A DNA stretch of 64,000 bases. It comes from Podarcis filfolensis (Eukaryota). A program made the translations under genes and the position numbers. The stretch lies in NCBI GenBank assembly GCA_964270895.1, contig OZ185436.1. One strand, written 5' to 3'. Below, piece by piece: positions 13,496 through 26,448 of this stretch. Below the pieces are notes generated by a model. That model had not been told where the DNA came from, did no database searches, and saw only the letters and a program-made list of their open reading frames with translations. The stretch's first letter is position 1. The number at the start of each line of letters is the position of its first letter.

Positions 13496-14147
13496 CTCCA
13501 AGCCTTTCTCCAGCACCTATTTCAACAGTGTAGGGAAGTAGAATACTTAGTAGTTTATGGAAAAAACACAAGGCTTTCTAAACATCTGGACTTCCCAGTT
13601 AGATCCAAAGCAGGAAAGCAAACAAAAGGTATCTCTCAGTGACACCCACTTTTTAACTTAATACCACACTCTAGAACAAGGACTTGCATCCCACTCCTGC
13701 TCAGCTCCTGTCCTTGGCTGGGGCTTCCAGTGAGATCCTGTTGGCAGAAGCAAAAGCTGGCTGGCTGGCTGTCATTTTAAAATATATTACTGGTGTCCTT
13801 GCTATAAATGATGATCCCATTTCAGTCCTCTGGCAAGAATGGGGCAGGAGGAAAAAGGGCAGGTCTGTATCCCGCATCAAGTTGTTAATGGTTATTGGGA
13901 CATTAGTAAACGAAAGTCAGTTAGCCAGGATGTTATGAAAACACAAGTCAACTGAATTACCTAATGCTTGAAATGTTTACATTACTAAAACATTTGAGAA
14001 ACATTTCTACTTTGGATAGGATGTATGATTTATGGAAGACTGGCTAGAGTATCCTGCCCCAGAGACATACTAGCTTGCATGCCAAAATGGCATGCCTTTA
14101 ATATCCAATATCAAGCTACTCCTCCTTTTGTAGTTTTCTGCCTCGTT

Positions 14148-14292
14148 GTTGGACAGTGTTCTCGAAGCTACTAACATGAGTTTGACCAAACTGCGGGAGG
14201 CAGTGGAAGACAGGAGTGCCTGGCATGCTCTGGTCCATGGGGTCACGAAGTGTCGGACACGACTAAACGGCTAAACAGCAAACAACAACAAA
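14148..14292 (+). mobile_element. Bov-B/RTE LINE 3' end fragment
   Basis: CTGGTCCATGGGGTCACGAAG..TCGGACACGACTAAAC followed by a (CAA)n tail, the characteristic RTE/Bov-B terminus. Confidence 0.8.
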
Positions 14293-16215
14293 TCATGACA
14301 GCATTGGGTGACATTGTAGGTTCCCCACCTCCCTATTCTGTCTTAAATTCAGGAAAAATATAGCCCTGAAATATCAAACATAAGAAGACTCTAACAGTCC
14401 AGCTCCTCTGCCAAACTCTGGCCAGCTACCTTTCAAGGTATGGAAACCTGAGAGTTTATGTACATCGTCTGCCTGCTCACTTTAACATCCTACTGTTTTA
14501 AGAATGTGCAGTTGTGGAAGGGTCCATATACCTTCTTGGAGACGCAACTTCACATTAGTTCTTAGTATATACATGGAGGAAAACATGTAAACTGTGTCTT
14601 GGTAGAACAGTAAACTAGACACACTTGTGCTAATATGCAATTGACATTATAGCCAACATATTCCACCAAGGAAGCTGCCTTGAACCAGGTCAGACTATTT
14701 GCTCACCTAGCCAAATATTGCCCACTCTGACTCTCCAGGGTCTTTAGGCAAGAAGTTTTTCCCATTATCAGCTGCCTGATCCTTCTAAATGGGCATGCCA
14801 GGTTTAACTAGGGACCTTATGCAAGCAAGCTAATCATGCAGTCTACCTCTGAGCTATGGTACAACCCTACTTTTCAAAGTTTTATTTCCCAGAATATTAA
14901 AGTTGTTTCCACTCACCAGACAAAGTTCTGTACTCGGTAAATTACATGCTTCTAGGATCCCGCCTTCATACAAACTGTTAATTTCTCCAGACTGCATGTG
15001 ATGCAGCCCTCAAGTACTGTGCAGAATTGCGAATTCATTCATGCCTTGGTTTACAGTAGGACTGAAAGACCTGCAAGGATTTCGGCGGTGTTTTTGACAT
15101 GCTCTTCCAGCTGTTCTGTCTGCACAAGCATTGCAGTTTGCCAGATGGAACAGTCTCCTCTCTGCCCCCCATGGGCTGTTCTGTGGGTTATGCCAACCCT
15201 CCTCCCAATAGCCAATTGTGGGGGACACGTGGGGGGAGCAAAGGAAGCCCTGTGGCACAATCTGAAGTGCAGGGCTGTTCTGACTGGGCTGGTTAGGCAG
15301 ATCCTGCCATCCAGAGAGACTTTGGGTTTATTCAGTAACCATAACTCTCATTCTACAAGCTATTTTTTTTCATGTATTAGCTATGCAACAAGCATTTGTT
15401 CCACAACTCCTACAATTACAAAGCAGAGACACTGTCAATGAAAAGTGCTTCTATGCTCATCCCTCCCACAGGCAAAGAAATAAAGGCAGAGAGAACCAGA
15501 TGCTGCTGCTGAGGTTCTGTGGGAAAACTGGGACTCTCTCTAGACCTTCCAATTTCACTGTCATACCCTGATTAATAAAAAAGGGAGCCAGAAAATGAAT
15601 AATAGGCCTAATTAAAATAGGTATCCTTTTTTATAATACTGGTTTACACACTTTCAATGTTGGATTTTTGTATACTGCTTAGAGATTTTTTAAATATTTA
15701 ATTGGTTTAGAAATGCTTTTACATAAATTAAAACAAAGTATCTTTAAACACCTGCACCAGTTTCCTAATTCCCTGGCATTTTGAAAACCACACATAATAC
15801 AAAGTCAGTGCAGCACAGTCGATGTACCCACATATGCCATTTCCCACGAAAGACTTACAGTACCAAAGAATTCAGCTGCCTCTACATGTTGTGATTTTTT
15901 AAGATTCCTAGAATGTTGAGATGCAGAGTTGAAAAGCTTTTACTTATCTGGTAATCAATTTACTCTGAGTTCAGCCATGCTAAGGAAGGCCTAATATTCA
16001 AGGGTGCAATGGGAGCCTGCCACCCCAAGCACCAAAGTAGTTATGGTGGATCATGCCCATGCTTTGCTAGCTCACCCACCTCATTGCCCATGGTCATATA
16101 ATACTCCCATTAAATGGTCCATTGCATTTTTAAGTCAAGTTTATTTTCCAGTTTCCTCTAAAATGAGAACAGGCAGTCAGGCTTGCTCCCATCCATTTGA
16201 TCATACAATGGGATA

Positions 16216-16456
16216 CAGTTTTACCTTGGTTTTCGAACAGCTTAGTTCTCCAACATTTCGGCTCCCAAACGCAGCAAACCTGGAAGTGAGTGTTCTGGTT
16301 TGCGAACTATTTTTGGAAGCCGAACATCCAACGGGGCTTCTGATTGGCTGCAGGAAGCTCCTGCAGCCAATCAGAAGCTGAGCTTTGGTTTCTGAATATT
16401 CTGGAAGTCGAACAGACTTCCGGAACGGATTCTGTTCAACTTCCAAGGTACGATTG
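16216..16456. mobile_element. Tigger-like MITE with a 20-bp internal palindrome
   Basis: TA flanks, degenerate CAGT..TACC TIRs; inverted copy at 21776-22016. Confidence 0.85.
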
Positions 16457-16504
16457 TACTTTTGAAAAAAGAAAACCCAACAACAGTTCAATGAGCAGCA
16501 GTTG

Positions 16505-16685
16505 GGAACACAGGAAGCTGCCTTATACTGAGTCAGACTATTGGCCCATCTAGCTCAGGACTGTCCACACTGACAGGCAGTGGCTCTCTAGGATTTCAGA
16601 GAGATCTTCCAACCCAACCTGGGGATTATGGGGAACGAACCTAGTACTTTCTCCATGCAAAAATGATGGTCTACTATTGAGTCAG
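16505..16685 (-). mobile_element. Squam3-like SINE
   Basis: GGAAGCTGCCTTATACTGAGTCAGAC...CCATCTAGCTCAG, the reverse-strand tail of the family. Confidence 0.7.
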
Positions 16686-17031
16686 TCCTTCCCCTAGGAG
16701 AATTTTGTCTCTGCCATAGACTGCTCTATATACACACATACACAGACTTTGGACCATATATGCTATGATAGTACTGACACTCCAGGGGACTAGAATGTAT
16801 ATATATGCTCAGAAAGCATAGAGGGGCATATTTTTCAACCGCCACATCTCTATTCCAATCCTGTTTGTGAGACAGTATCTTCATTCTGGACCCATTTCAC
16901 AACCTTAAGCATCTCAGATGCTTCCGAGATTCCCTTGCAGAACTTGAAATTGTCCCCTGCTGAAAATTCCCCAACATAAATTAAAGTGGCAGCCTGATAG
17001 ACGAAAAACAGCAAACTACTTTCCCTTACAG

Positions 17032-17037
17032 TTTATT
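17032..17037 (-). terminator. GET3: Probable GET3 polyadenylation signal AATAAA
   Basis: TTTATT on the plus strand about 430 nt past the stop codon. Confidence 0.55.
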
Positions 17038-17463
17038 TACATACTTCCCATTAGCACGGATGGCCTTAGTGCTGCAAGAATGTCAGTCTCTGTGTCATCA
17101 TAGCACCTGACTTAGGACTCCAGCCAGAATGGCTGGAGACATGATCCAAGGAGAAGTCAGAGTGGAAGAGAAACAAAAAGTGACCCAAGTTTAATTTAGC
17201 TAGCTGGTTAAGTGAGGAGAAGGGATGTAAGGTGTAGATCACTTTTGGGATGTTCCAAGATGTTAAGTAACAGGATTAGGGCAGAAACAAGTGGGAACAC
17301 CAAATTCTGCCTCTTCCAACCCCACCACAAGCCTCTCAACCACACAATTTCTGTAGAAGAGATGCTGCTGGAAGAGGAGGAGTTCCAGCAGATAAGGGGT
17401 GGGAAAGGGGAAGCATGGAATGGTATCAGAGGGGATATCAGTGGAAGTCAGTCCATAGGGGTT

Positions 17464-17595
17464 TCATTTTGCACTGGGTGGCTTGTAGGGCTCCAGTAGC
17501 AGACTTGAAAAGGTGTTGACTTTATCAGCCCCTCGCACTTCATGGGGCAAGAGTGGCAGCTTTACAATGTGAAAGTCTTCATAGAGGTCTTCCAT
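17464..17595 (-). CDS. GET3: GET3/ASNA1 exon 7 ([43 protein letters not shown])
   Basis: CAG acceptor, in frame, TGA at 17466-17464, matches the GET3 C-terminus. Confidence 0.97.
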   Translation of the reverse strand: MEDLYEDFHIVKLPLLPHEVRGADKVNTFSSLLLEPYKPPSAK

Positions 17596-18803
17596 CTGGA
17601 GGAGGAAAAGAAAGACAAATCAAAAGGAGCATCTAACAATTACAAACTTCTTATTGGGAATCAAGATGGAAGAATCTCAGCAGCAGTTCCCTACTTGGTT
17701 GGAAAGTGTGCTCTGTTGACTTTGGAGGACCCTCTTCACAACAGCACTATGAAAAGTAATCCTCTTGCAGTCTAATGGCAATCTTAAACTAATTTTGAAC
17801 AGCTTTACTGCTGGGCCCTTGGAAGACCTGGTATAGATTAACTATCCCTTGGTTTACTGAGTGAAGAAAGGAAGGACACATGGAAAAGGCACAAGTGGCA
17901 GAAAGAAAAACAGAGTACATAGTACTGAAGAGGCAATAGGACAACTGGAGTGGGAAATGGAGGTTTTGGCCCAAGAAAAATGTATAAAACATCCCCACAA
18001 CTTTTCAGGCTGAGTAATGAATGAAGAGATAGCAAGGGTGGAAGTCACAGAAAAAGGATACCATGATTAGAAAGAGGTGGGTGGATACAAAGGCTGCAAA
18101 GATCATTCAAAGGGAAAGAAAAGGAGAGTGTAGAAAAAGCAAAATGGAATACAGAAGAAGCAGAAGGAACAAAATGGCAGAGAAAAGTGAAGCCTGTCTG
18201 TGGAGGCATTGGGGAAGGTCTGCATATTTTCCCTGGACAAAAACTACTCAGTTTACTAGTAAACATTCCCTTTCATTTTCAAAGAATAATAATAGTGAGG
18301 TTGGACTGAACAGAGATAAAAGTTATAGAAGAGAAAAATTCCACATTTCCACCTGAAGGCCAGATTCCACAAAGAGCAGCACATATGGAGGAGACCCGCT
18401 TCCTGCCTTCTACAGCAAGCCAGTTGCAGGACCCATTTCTTAAACTGCCAGTGGCTACTGTTCGCTTGGATATTTGCACCTCTCTAGAAAAGCTAAACAC
18501 TTGCCGTGGCAATGGAAAGGGGAATGCTGGGAGACAGGAATTCTGAAGCTGAAGGTAAAAGTAGAATAGCAAACTTCAACCATTCAGAAGTTTAAAGTAA
18601 TATTGACCAAAAGGGCTGGGAGTTATAAAGTTAGGTATGCAACTCAGAGACCTTAACAGTCCAAGTAGACAATATTAGGACCAGACAAGATGGACCAGTG
18701 GGCTAAATCAATATAAAGCAGATCCCCAGGCTTAGATTGGTGCCTGACTGCTGCCACTTCCCCAAAATGGACACTGAAAAATCTGAACAGTCTCTAGCCA
18801 TAC

Positions 18804-19001
18804 CTGGTCAAGGTATTTGGACTGGATTTTGTGCCGGGCCTCACACATCTTGCAGGGCTTCTCTGGGTCTGGGAAGACCAACTGATTGACTATGATATTG
18901 TGGGTGTCGATCTTGCACTTGGCCAACTCCTGGATGAGCCGCTCTGTTTCATACAGGGACAGGAACTCGGCAATACAAACACAGATGAATGTTGTTTGTT
19001 C
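18804..19001 (-). CDS. GET3: GET3 exon 6 ([26 protein letters not shown]...[17 protein letters not shown])
   Basis: 198 nt, AG/GT boundaries, contains the CxxC zinc-dimer motif. Confidence 0.97.
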
Positions 19002-19526
19002 CTGGGGAGGGGATAAAGTGCCATTAGTTCACAAATGCAAATAAAATTGTAGGAGCTGGTCTCCCATCCCTGGGAGTCACCTGTGTGCTGCTGTCTCCCC
19101 CACAGTCCCTGTTTCCACCTTAAATTCTCAGCTTCTACATTCCTTCCACCACCATGGTTTTTTTAGAGGAATAAGGCCAGAGGGCAAAGCAACAAAAGCT
19201 GTTGCCCCTCAGGAAGCAATATGGCCACTTGTCCTCAGGTTATCTGCCACCTGAACACCTGCTCACATAGTCCACACCATGTGTCACGTCTATCTCTGGG
19301 TACAGGGGATCAGCCATTGCAATCCCATCTTTTCCAGTTAAGTTCAGAAGGCACACAGATCACGTCTACAGAATCTGGAACTATCCTTTCACCAGCATGG
19401 TCGAGAAGAATGGCTGCAGTGTCTAGTGTAGGGCACTTGGGCAGCTGGTAACTTCCTTGCTTATCTAGGATAGGCACAGAAAAAGGAGACACAGCACTTA
19501 TGCACCCTGTCTTGTGTCTTAGCTCA

Positions 19527-20170
19527 GATAATAATAATAATAACAACAACTTTTTATTTGTACCCCGCCCTCCCCGGCTAGAGCCGGGCTCAGAGCAGCT
19601 AACATCATATAAATAATACAATATGCATAAAAACAAGCAATCAATTGATTAAAATGCATCCCAAAATTAATTCAAATAAATTAAAATTAAATCTGGACAA
19701 ATGACAATCCTCAGGTTAAAATTGAAAGCAGTTAATACGCGCCAGGACCAACTGTTTCCACTGATATTATAAGGACCTGTGAGCGGGCTGGGAAACCTCC
19801 TTCGTGCTTGTTCTTATACAAAGAGAAAATGAGTCAGACTGAACCCTGACCAAAGGCCTGGTGGAACAGCTCCATCTTGCAGGCCCTGCGGAAGGATGTC
19901 AAATCTTGCAGGGCCCTGCTCTCTTGTGAGAGCGTCCCACTAGGCTGGGGCCACAGCCCAAAAGGCCCTGGCTCTGGTCGAGGCCAGTCTAATCTCCCTG
20001 GGGCCCAGAATCTTCAGGGTGTTGTTATTTACAGACCTCTGTGGGACATACCAGGAAAGATGGTCCCGTAGGTACGAGGGTCCTAGGCCATATAGGGCTT
20101 TAAGGGTTAAAACCAGCACCTTAAACCTGATCCTGTACTCCACCGAGAGCCAGTGCAGCTCCACCAGGAG
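19527..20170 (-). mobile_element. L2/CR1-clade LINE 3' fragment with (TTA)n tail
   Basis: Decayed ORF2 C-terminus LHWLSVEYRIRFKVLVLTLKALYGLGPSYLRDHL. Confidence 0.8.
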
Positions 20171-21775
20171 CCAGACAAAGGGGGAAAGCACCCAAAGAGG
20201 CTGCTAGTCCCCATATTCTTTCAGTTCCTCCACCTGCTAGGACAGAAAGGAACGAAGAGTGACTAGAATATGTTTATGAGGCTGCCTCTTCTTCCAGCCT
20301 TAAGAGTTTTAGCTTAAAGGCAGGAGCAACCCATAGCATACAGGGAGGAATTCAACGCAGCTCTATGGCAAATGTTTTGCCAGCTCAGGCATTTCAGCCT
20401 GCCAGACAGAACAATCCCCTCTCTCTCCACCCCATGTGCAATTCTGGGGCTGCAAAGGGGGGGGGGAGCCCTGTTGAATTAGGGCAAATATTTGTTAGGG
20501 CTTCCACTTGTGGGACTTATTAGCTGAATCCTGCCCCCAGTCTCCAGTAGAAGACTGGAAATTCACCTGGCCATTTATGGCAATCACTCACTTGAGGTGA
20601 CCAGCGAAGTGGCTAGTTGCACGGTTAAATTCTTTGTCTCTGCCCGATTGTTGCTAGACTTGGTCATGATACTTTGCCTAAGGAACACCCACACTCGCGT
20701 AATTAATAGCAAAATGGACAATTAAATGCAGAAACCCAGCCTTTAACTACTCTAAAATGCAAACAATACAAAGGACAAGGCTGACATGGCCACCTCAGTG
20801 CCCTACAAATAGCTCCCTAAAGTCATGTCCCATCCCGTTTCCTTCAAAACCCTTGCCCATCTTTACAAGATACATTCCAAGCAATTAGAAACAGGGTGGG
20901 TGGCAGGCAAAAGTCCTGACAATTATAGCCACACCTGGATTTGCAAATAATGTTTTCAAAAGTTAAGGAACGCTTCTATTACTAGAGATGCCTGCTGGCC
21001 TATTCTATCCTTCAGTCAAAACATGAAGATCCAATGCAGCATTCCTGCATCAAATAACTCATCTGTTGTCGACAACTCCCTACCTGCCCATATGGCCAAT
21101 GGTGAAAGTTTGTTCAGCTAACAGCTGAGAGACAAAGCTTTATTATTATTATTCCTCTAAGCTAGAAAAAATGTGAGCTGGTGGGACCCCGCTACCCACC
21201 GCTTCTCATTTTGTCCCGATTTTTACTTCACTTCCTTTATTAAATGTTATAAAGTTTAATTTAAAAAAAAATTACTCTGAGCAAGAGTCTAGTAAGAAAG
21301 TGTAATGTTCACAGGGGTATAACTAGAGCAGTTTACAACACAATGAGATTTGCAACATTTTGCAAGAGAAACACAATGTTCTTCTATGCCTTTGGGGCAA
21401 AAAGAGAGCCAGAAGGCGTGCAATCCCTTCATTCCTGCTCCTTTACCATATCAGCTGTTATAGCAGCCGTGGAGCACATTGGTCACACAAGAATGCACAA
21501 GAACCAGTGTAGTAATAGTATGCAATAGCTTCCACTAGCTGAGATTCACAAGTTGAACAATTGTTTAAGATTTATGTTTCTATCTCTTTAGGCTTCCCGC
21601 TGAAACTACAGCCAATACTCAGCAACCCAAAGCCAGAAAACAAAGCACATACCCTGCAAAAAAAAAAAAAAAACCCCACCAGGGTGACTGACTGGCTTAG
21701 ACATATTACTTGGTCTCCCAGGATCTGAATGAAGCAGACTGTGGGCTTAATAAAGAATAAACTAATATGCTAATA

Positions 21776-22016
21776 CAGTCGTACCTTGGAAGTCAAACGG
21801 AATCCGTTCCGGAAGTCCGCTTGACTTTCAAAATGTTCTGGAATCAAGGTACAGCTTCTAATTGGCTGCAGGAAGCTCCTGCAGCCAATCAGAAGCCGTG
21901 ACAGACGTTTGGGTTCCAAAGAACATTCGCAAACTGAAACAATCACTTCTGGGTTTGCAGAGTTCGGGAGCCAAAATGTTAATCTCGCAAGGCGTTCGAC
22001 CTCTGAGGTACGACTG
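21776..22016. mobile_element. Tigger-like MITE (inverted relative to 16216)
   Basis: TA-CAGTCGTACC...GGTACGACTG-TA. Confidence 0.9.
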
Positions 22017-22949
22017 TACCAAAGTTGAACTCCTCACCCCCAGCAATTCCAAAAATCACTCCAGCCAGTACCAGCTGTTTCCTGTCAGTGTAAATGCACA
22101 TTAGCAGAGGAGCTGCCATGAATGGAAAACACTTGCAAAATGTAGACTTGTCAGTGCTATGGAGACTTGTGTATGTGACATGCTCCCCCCCCCCCCCGAA
22201 GGTCTTCCTGATCCAGCCCCAATCCAAGTTGGGTCAGAAAATCCCCACTTCAGGTCTCATTCTTTTCGCCACGTAGCAACTTCACTCTAACTGGAAGATT
22301 CTATTTTCAAATAGATTGCTGCTACAATTGGAAAGATCAGGAAAAGTATCTGGATGCCCTGGCCTAGTTTGAACATTATATCAGAACAAACTATGGTTTA
22401 ATCAAAATATGCAGCATGCATATTTATTGCTCCACACCTTCCCTGTTCCTGCTGCAAAATAAGCCAGAACCTAGGTTATTGTGACAGCTGAACTTTGGAG
22501 GCAAGCAAACTACACGTCAAATGGACAATGACAGTAAATAAGGATTACCAAGCGATAACCCTGCTCTACAAATAAAACTTAAGTTTACTACATTTGCTTG
22601 CAGTCATGCACGGACTCCCCCTACTGTCAAAATTGTATTATAAGCTCCTTGCAGGAAGAGCCAAGATTTGTGAGCTTAAAGAGAGAGCATATGTGTTGTT
22701 GGCATAATGGAAACCTGGTTGAATGGACACAACCAGTGAGATGTGGTTATCTTAGAATTCAAATTCTATAAGGAGGACAGGAAAGGGTATACTGGAAGTG
22801 GTCATGCTCTGCACATTAAAGAGGGTATAGAGTCCAAAAAGCCGGAAAGGGGCAAACTCTCCCACAGAATAGTTGTGGGTGGCAACACAGAGGCCTCTAG
22901 ATAAATTTAGCACCAGAGACATACTACCATATATCATAATATCATTTAC

Positions 22950-23198
22950 ATCTTCAAATATGTAAAGGGCTGTCACATGGAAGATGGAGCAAGGGATTCA
23001 AGTTACAAGAAAGGAGATTCCGACTAAACATCAGGAAGAACTTTCCACTGGAAGGTGGTGGACTCTCCTTCACTGGAGGTTTTAAAACAGAGGCTGGACA
23101 GTCATCTGTCATGGATGCTTTAGCAGAAATTCCTGTATTGCAGGACGTTGGACTGGATGACTCGGGATCCCTTCCAGCTCTACAATTCTATGATTCTA
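22950..23198 (+). mobile_element. CR1 LINE 3' end
   Basis: ORF2 tail ...GGATTCAAGTTACAAGAAAGGAGATTCCGACTAAAC... and ATTCTATGATTCTA terminal repeats. Confidence 0.8.
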
Positions 23199-23907
23199 TA
23201 AATACAAAGGATGAGATTCTGTAGTAATGGGTGAACTCTGTTTGTTTGTTTGTTACCTTGTTGTCACGACTGGAACACAAATATGCCCAGCCTATGTGAG
23301 AGAAACTCAAGTCACCCTATCATGGAACATAGTTTGTTGCTGACTTGCTGATCATGGCTTATTAGAGAGCAACAAACCATGATTCCTGGTTCAGATGTAG
23401 GAAGGAAGCCAAGTCTTCAATCTGTTTATCATGCGCACAAAATGGAAGAAAGTCTGGCTTATCATTACATGCAAACATGGCCTCTGTCTAGATTTAAACA
23501 ACATTCATTTTGACCTGACCTTGTTGCCGTTTCATGGAATGAACTAAGCAGAAATTGATCTTTGGCTATTTCCAAACATTAACCAGCTACATTTCAGTGT
23601 TCTTTTTCATTACTTGATAGAATATTATGCTATGAGAGAAGTCATCTTTAGCCTGATCATTCTAATGAAGACTGCAACTATTGAATGGACTGAAAATGAA
23701 TATTACATTTGAGAAGACAATTTAAAAAGTTTTGCAAAATTATAAAAAACAAGTATATAAAAATAGCTAACTGAATTAATTAATGTTAAATCTAATGAAG
23801 CAGTCACAAATGTAAGCATGTTTCATCTTACTATACATTCCAAATTCACCTTTGCCAAGGGTGAAGCATCACCCCCCCAAAACCCCTCATCTTTGCAGAA
23901 TACTTGC

Positions 23908-24015
23908 CGGATCCTTGAACTGCTCACTGACTGAGCGGATGACAGGGAGGGTCTCCTCCAGCTTGGAGGCCAGCTGGTCAGCATTCATGTCCCCCAGGCC
24001 AAGCATGTTGCACAT
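23908..24015 (-). CDS. GET3: GET3 exon 5 ([36 protein letters not shown]), GC donor
   Basis: 108 nt in frame; donor CCG|GCAAGT. Confidence 0.95.
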
Positions 24016-24364
24016 CTAGTGAATAACAGAGAGGGAGTTGCAATGAGAGATTTCTATTAACAGACAACAAGTCACCCCTACATGTCCTGCAAGCAACAGA
24101 GGAGGGAATAAGCAAAACCTGCTTATCAGCTCAACTCAGAGTGACAAAGCCCAATACTCCAAGAGCAATAAGTGCAACTGTGTCCTGCAAGCAACCCAAC
24201 AAATCAAATAGATTATTTCATGTTGCTCCTGAGTGTTGCAAGAATAATACTGGGGTCCATGCAAAAGCTTGCAAAGTGCCACATGGTGGAAATTTTTAAA
24301 AAGATGTCTGGCATGGTCTTTTTTCCAGGAACGCCTCATTTTTCTGGCTCCTCTCCCATTTTAC

Positions 24365-24515
24365 CTGTGATATGAAGGGACTGATCTGGTTCTTTATCTG
24401 CATCAAGCGGCCTAGCCCCCGCTCCACGATGGTGGGGAAATTGAGCAACCGTAGTGTGTGCCCAGTGGGTGCTGTGTCAAACACTACCACGGAGAAATTC
24501 ATCCCTTTCACCAAC
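24365..24515 (-). CDS. GET3: GET3 exon 4 ([24 protein letters not shown]...ISPFISQ)
   Basis: 151 nt, switch II DTAPTGH motif, AG/GT boundaries. Confidence 0.97.
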
Positions 24516-24859
24516 CTGTGCAGGCCAGAGAAAGAACCATCAGCTGGAGCAGTTAGAAATAGTCACCTCTTCCTTTATACTGACCTTCCCCAGCATACAT
24601 ATACACTCTAAGGTTCACTTAATGCTAGTGCTTTCTTTGCTCTGTGAACGAAAACTTTGTATGTGGAATCCATATCGTGCAACAATGGATGTTATGGAAC
24701 TTTGGTGCACAAATTTGTCCAGTGCAAAAAATGATGCATAAATCACAAAAGGTTGAATCCAACATTAGCCATACTCACGATTAGAGTCATTTAAATTAAT
24801 GGTCATGGCTAACTTAGGTGAGCCTACTTATTTAAACAACAACTGAAGTCAGCCCCGTA

Positions 24860-25292
24860 CAGTGTTCAAAACTCCCATTGTTCTAGGCACATTTTGCGAC
24901 AGGGATTTCATTAGGGTGAGCAGTTTCTGAGCTCTGGGCGCAATACTGCGCCTAAGATTTCAGATTAAAACTAAAGAGTAGAAGGAAAGGAGGACCTTTT
25001 TCAGCCTTCCCACTTCCAGCTACTCTTCGAAGACTGGAGAAAAGACCCTCTTAAGAATATTAGGGGGGTGGGCAGGGGAAGGACTAGACCCTGTGAAAAA
25101 TGAATATGTTTTAGCTGTCGTTCATTCATTTTCAGATTTGTATTTCTGTTATTTAAAAAGTGTAGTATTATTATTATTTATTTTCTATACCGCCCTATAC
25201 CCGAAGGTATCACACATTCTGTTGTTGTGCCCATAACCTAGTTTTAAGGTGCCATTTAGCTCCCAGCTTTCGTATCTCTGTTTCTAACACTG
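24860..25292. mobile_element. hAT-type MITE
   Basis: TIRs CAGTGTTCAAAAC / GTTTCTAACACTG, 8-bp TSD GCCCCGTA/GCCCTGTA; homologous to 48482-48801. Confidence 0.85.
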
Positions 25293-25752
25293 GCCCTGTA
25301 TAGTAAAGTATTTAATGTTTTATTGCGCTTTTATATTTGTTGGAAGCCACCCAGAGTGGCTGGGGTAAGCCAAGTCAGATGGACAGCATATAAATAAATT
25401 AAATTATTATTACTATTATTACAGGGAGCCTACTTAGTTGGATACAAACCACAAATAATATAATAACTCTGGCCTTGTGCAAAGCATACTCAGTTACTAT
25501 GCTGGACTATCCTAATGGCTAAACCATTAGGCTTGGGATACCTCTGGCTAACCCAAACTTCATAATGGTGAACACAGTAAAATACCTTTGAAGTCTGGTC
25601 TTCTGCTTCTCAACCCAAAAACCGCTTTGAGGTTTGTTTGTTTTTTAACCCACAATCAAGCGGTGTATAAATTTTATGAAATAATAAATAAATAAGCCTC
25701 CCACAGGCTAGAAAAGGTTAGAAGGCTTGATGATCCAGGCCACAGTTCTTAC

Positions 25753-25901
25753 CGCATAACTTCTGCGTAGCTCATGGCCTCATCAATGCCAGGAAAGGCA
25801 CTCATAGCCTCTTGCATCATCTTCTTGCCCATACTCAGCATGTTATCCTCCTCAAAGAACTCATCTGGAAGTTCAGCCACACCTAGGCTGGGATCAATCT
25901 C
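25753..25901 (-). CDS. GET3: GET3 exon 3 ([49 protein letters not shown])
   Basis: 149 nt, AG/GT boundaries, PGIDE motif. Confidence 0.97.
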
Positions 25902-26264
25902 CTGAGAAATAAATAGAAGGATCAGCACCACTTTTCGTAAAACAAAAGCAGAGTCATTCAGCCATTCAAAAAGAAACATGATGTTTAAAACAGAGCTAAA
26001 ACCCCCGATTTGTAGAACAATTCTTTCAATGTCCACTCAAAGAGGCTTTCAAACTAATGCTCACTATGTCAACTCACAGTTAAAAGTAACACCACAAATA
26101 ACTGATTTCTTTGTAATTTGAGGCTATTTTTATGCTTGTCATTGTGGAATACATGGAGGAAAAAGAAAATAACCTCAAGATGTTTGAAAATGTAAATCCA
26201 GCAAAAGGCATACAATCAGCACTATTTGTTGTCAACATTGGACAATTTAGGGTACTTCCCTAAA

Positions 26265-26448
26265 TTTAGGGTACTTCCGGGTTTTGCCACTTGCGCATGC
26301 GCAGACACGCAAAACAATGTCATGCACATGCACAGAAGCGGCGAATTGCAACCCGCGCATGTGCAGACTCGCCGCTGCGGGTTGAGTTTTTTTCATGTTG
26401 CGAATGGGCCTCCAGAACGGATCCCGTTCGCAACCAGAAATACCACTA
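26265..26448. mobile_element. Truncated Tigger-like MITE
   Basis: Right end GTTCGCAACC...TACCACTA-TA; interior resembles 45172-45374. Confidence 0.55.

Noticed and set aside
14998-15441. 147-aa ORF and overlapping antisense ORFs
   Set aside because: No family similarity that I can recognise, no convincing splice partners, and composition fits chance ORFs.
17800-18600. Purine-rich tract with Lys/Arg-rich ORFs in GET3 intron 6
   Set aside because: It is the complement of a pyrimidine-rich intron on the coding strand, and the ORFs are low complexity.
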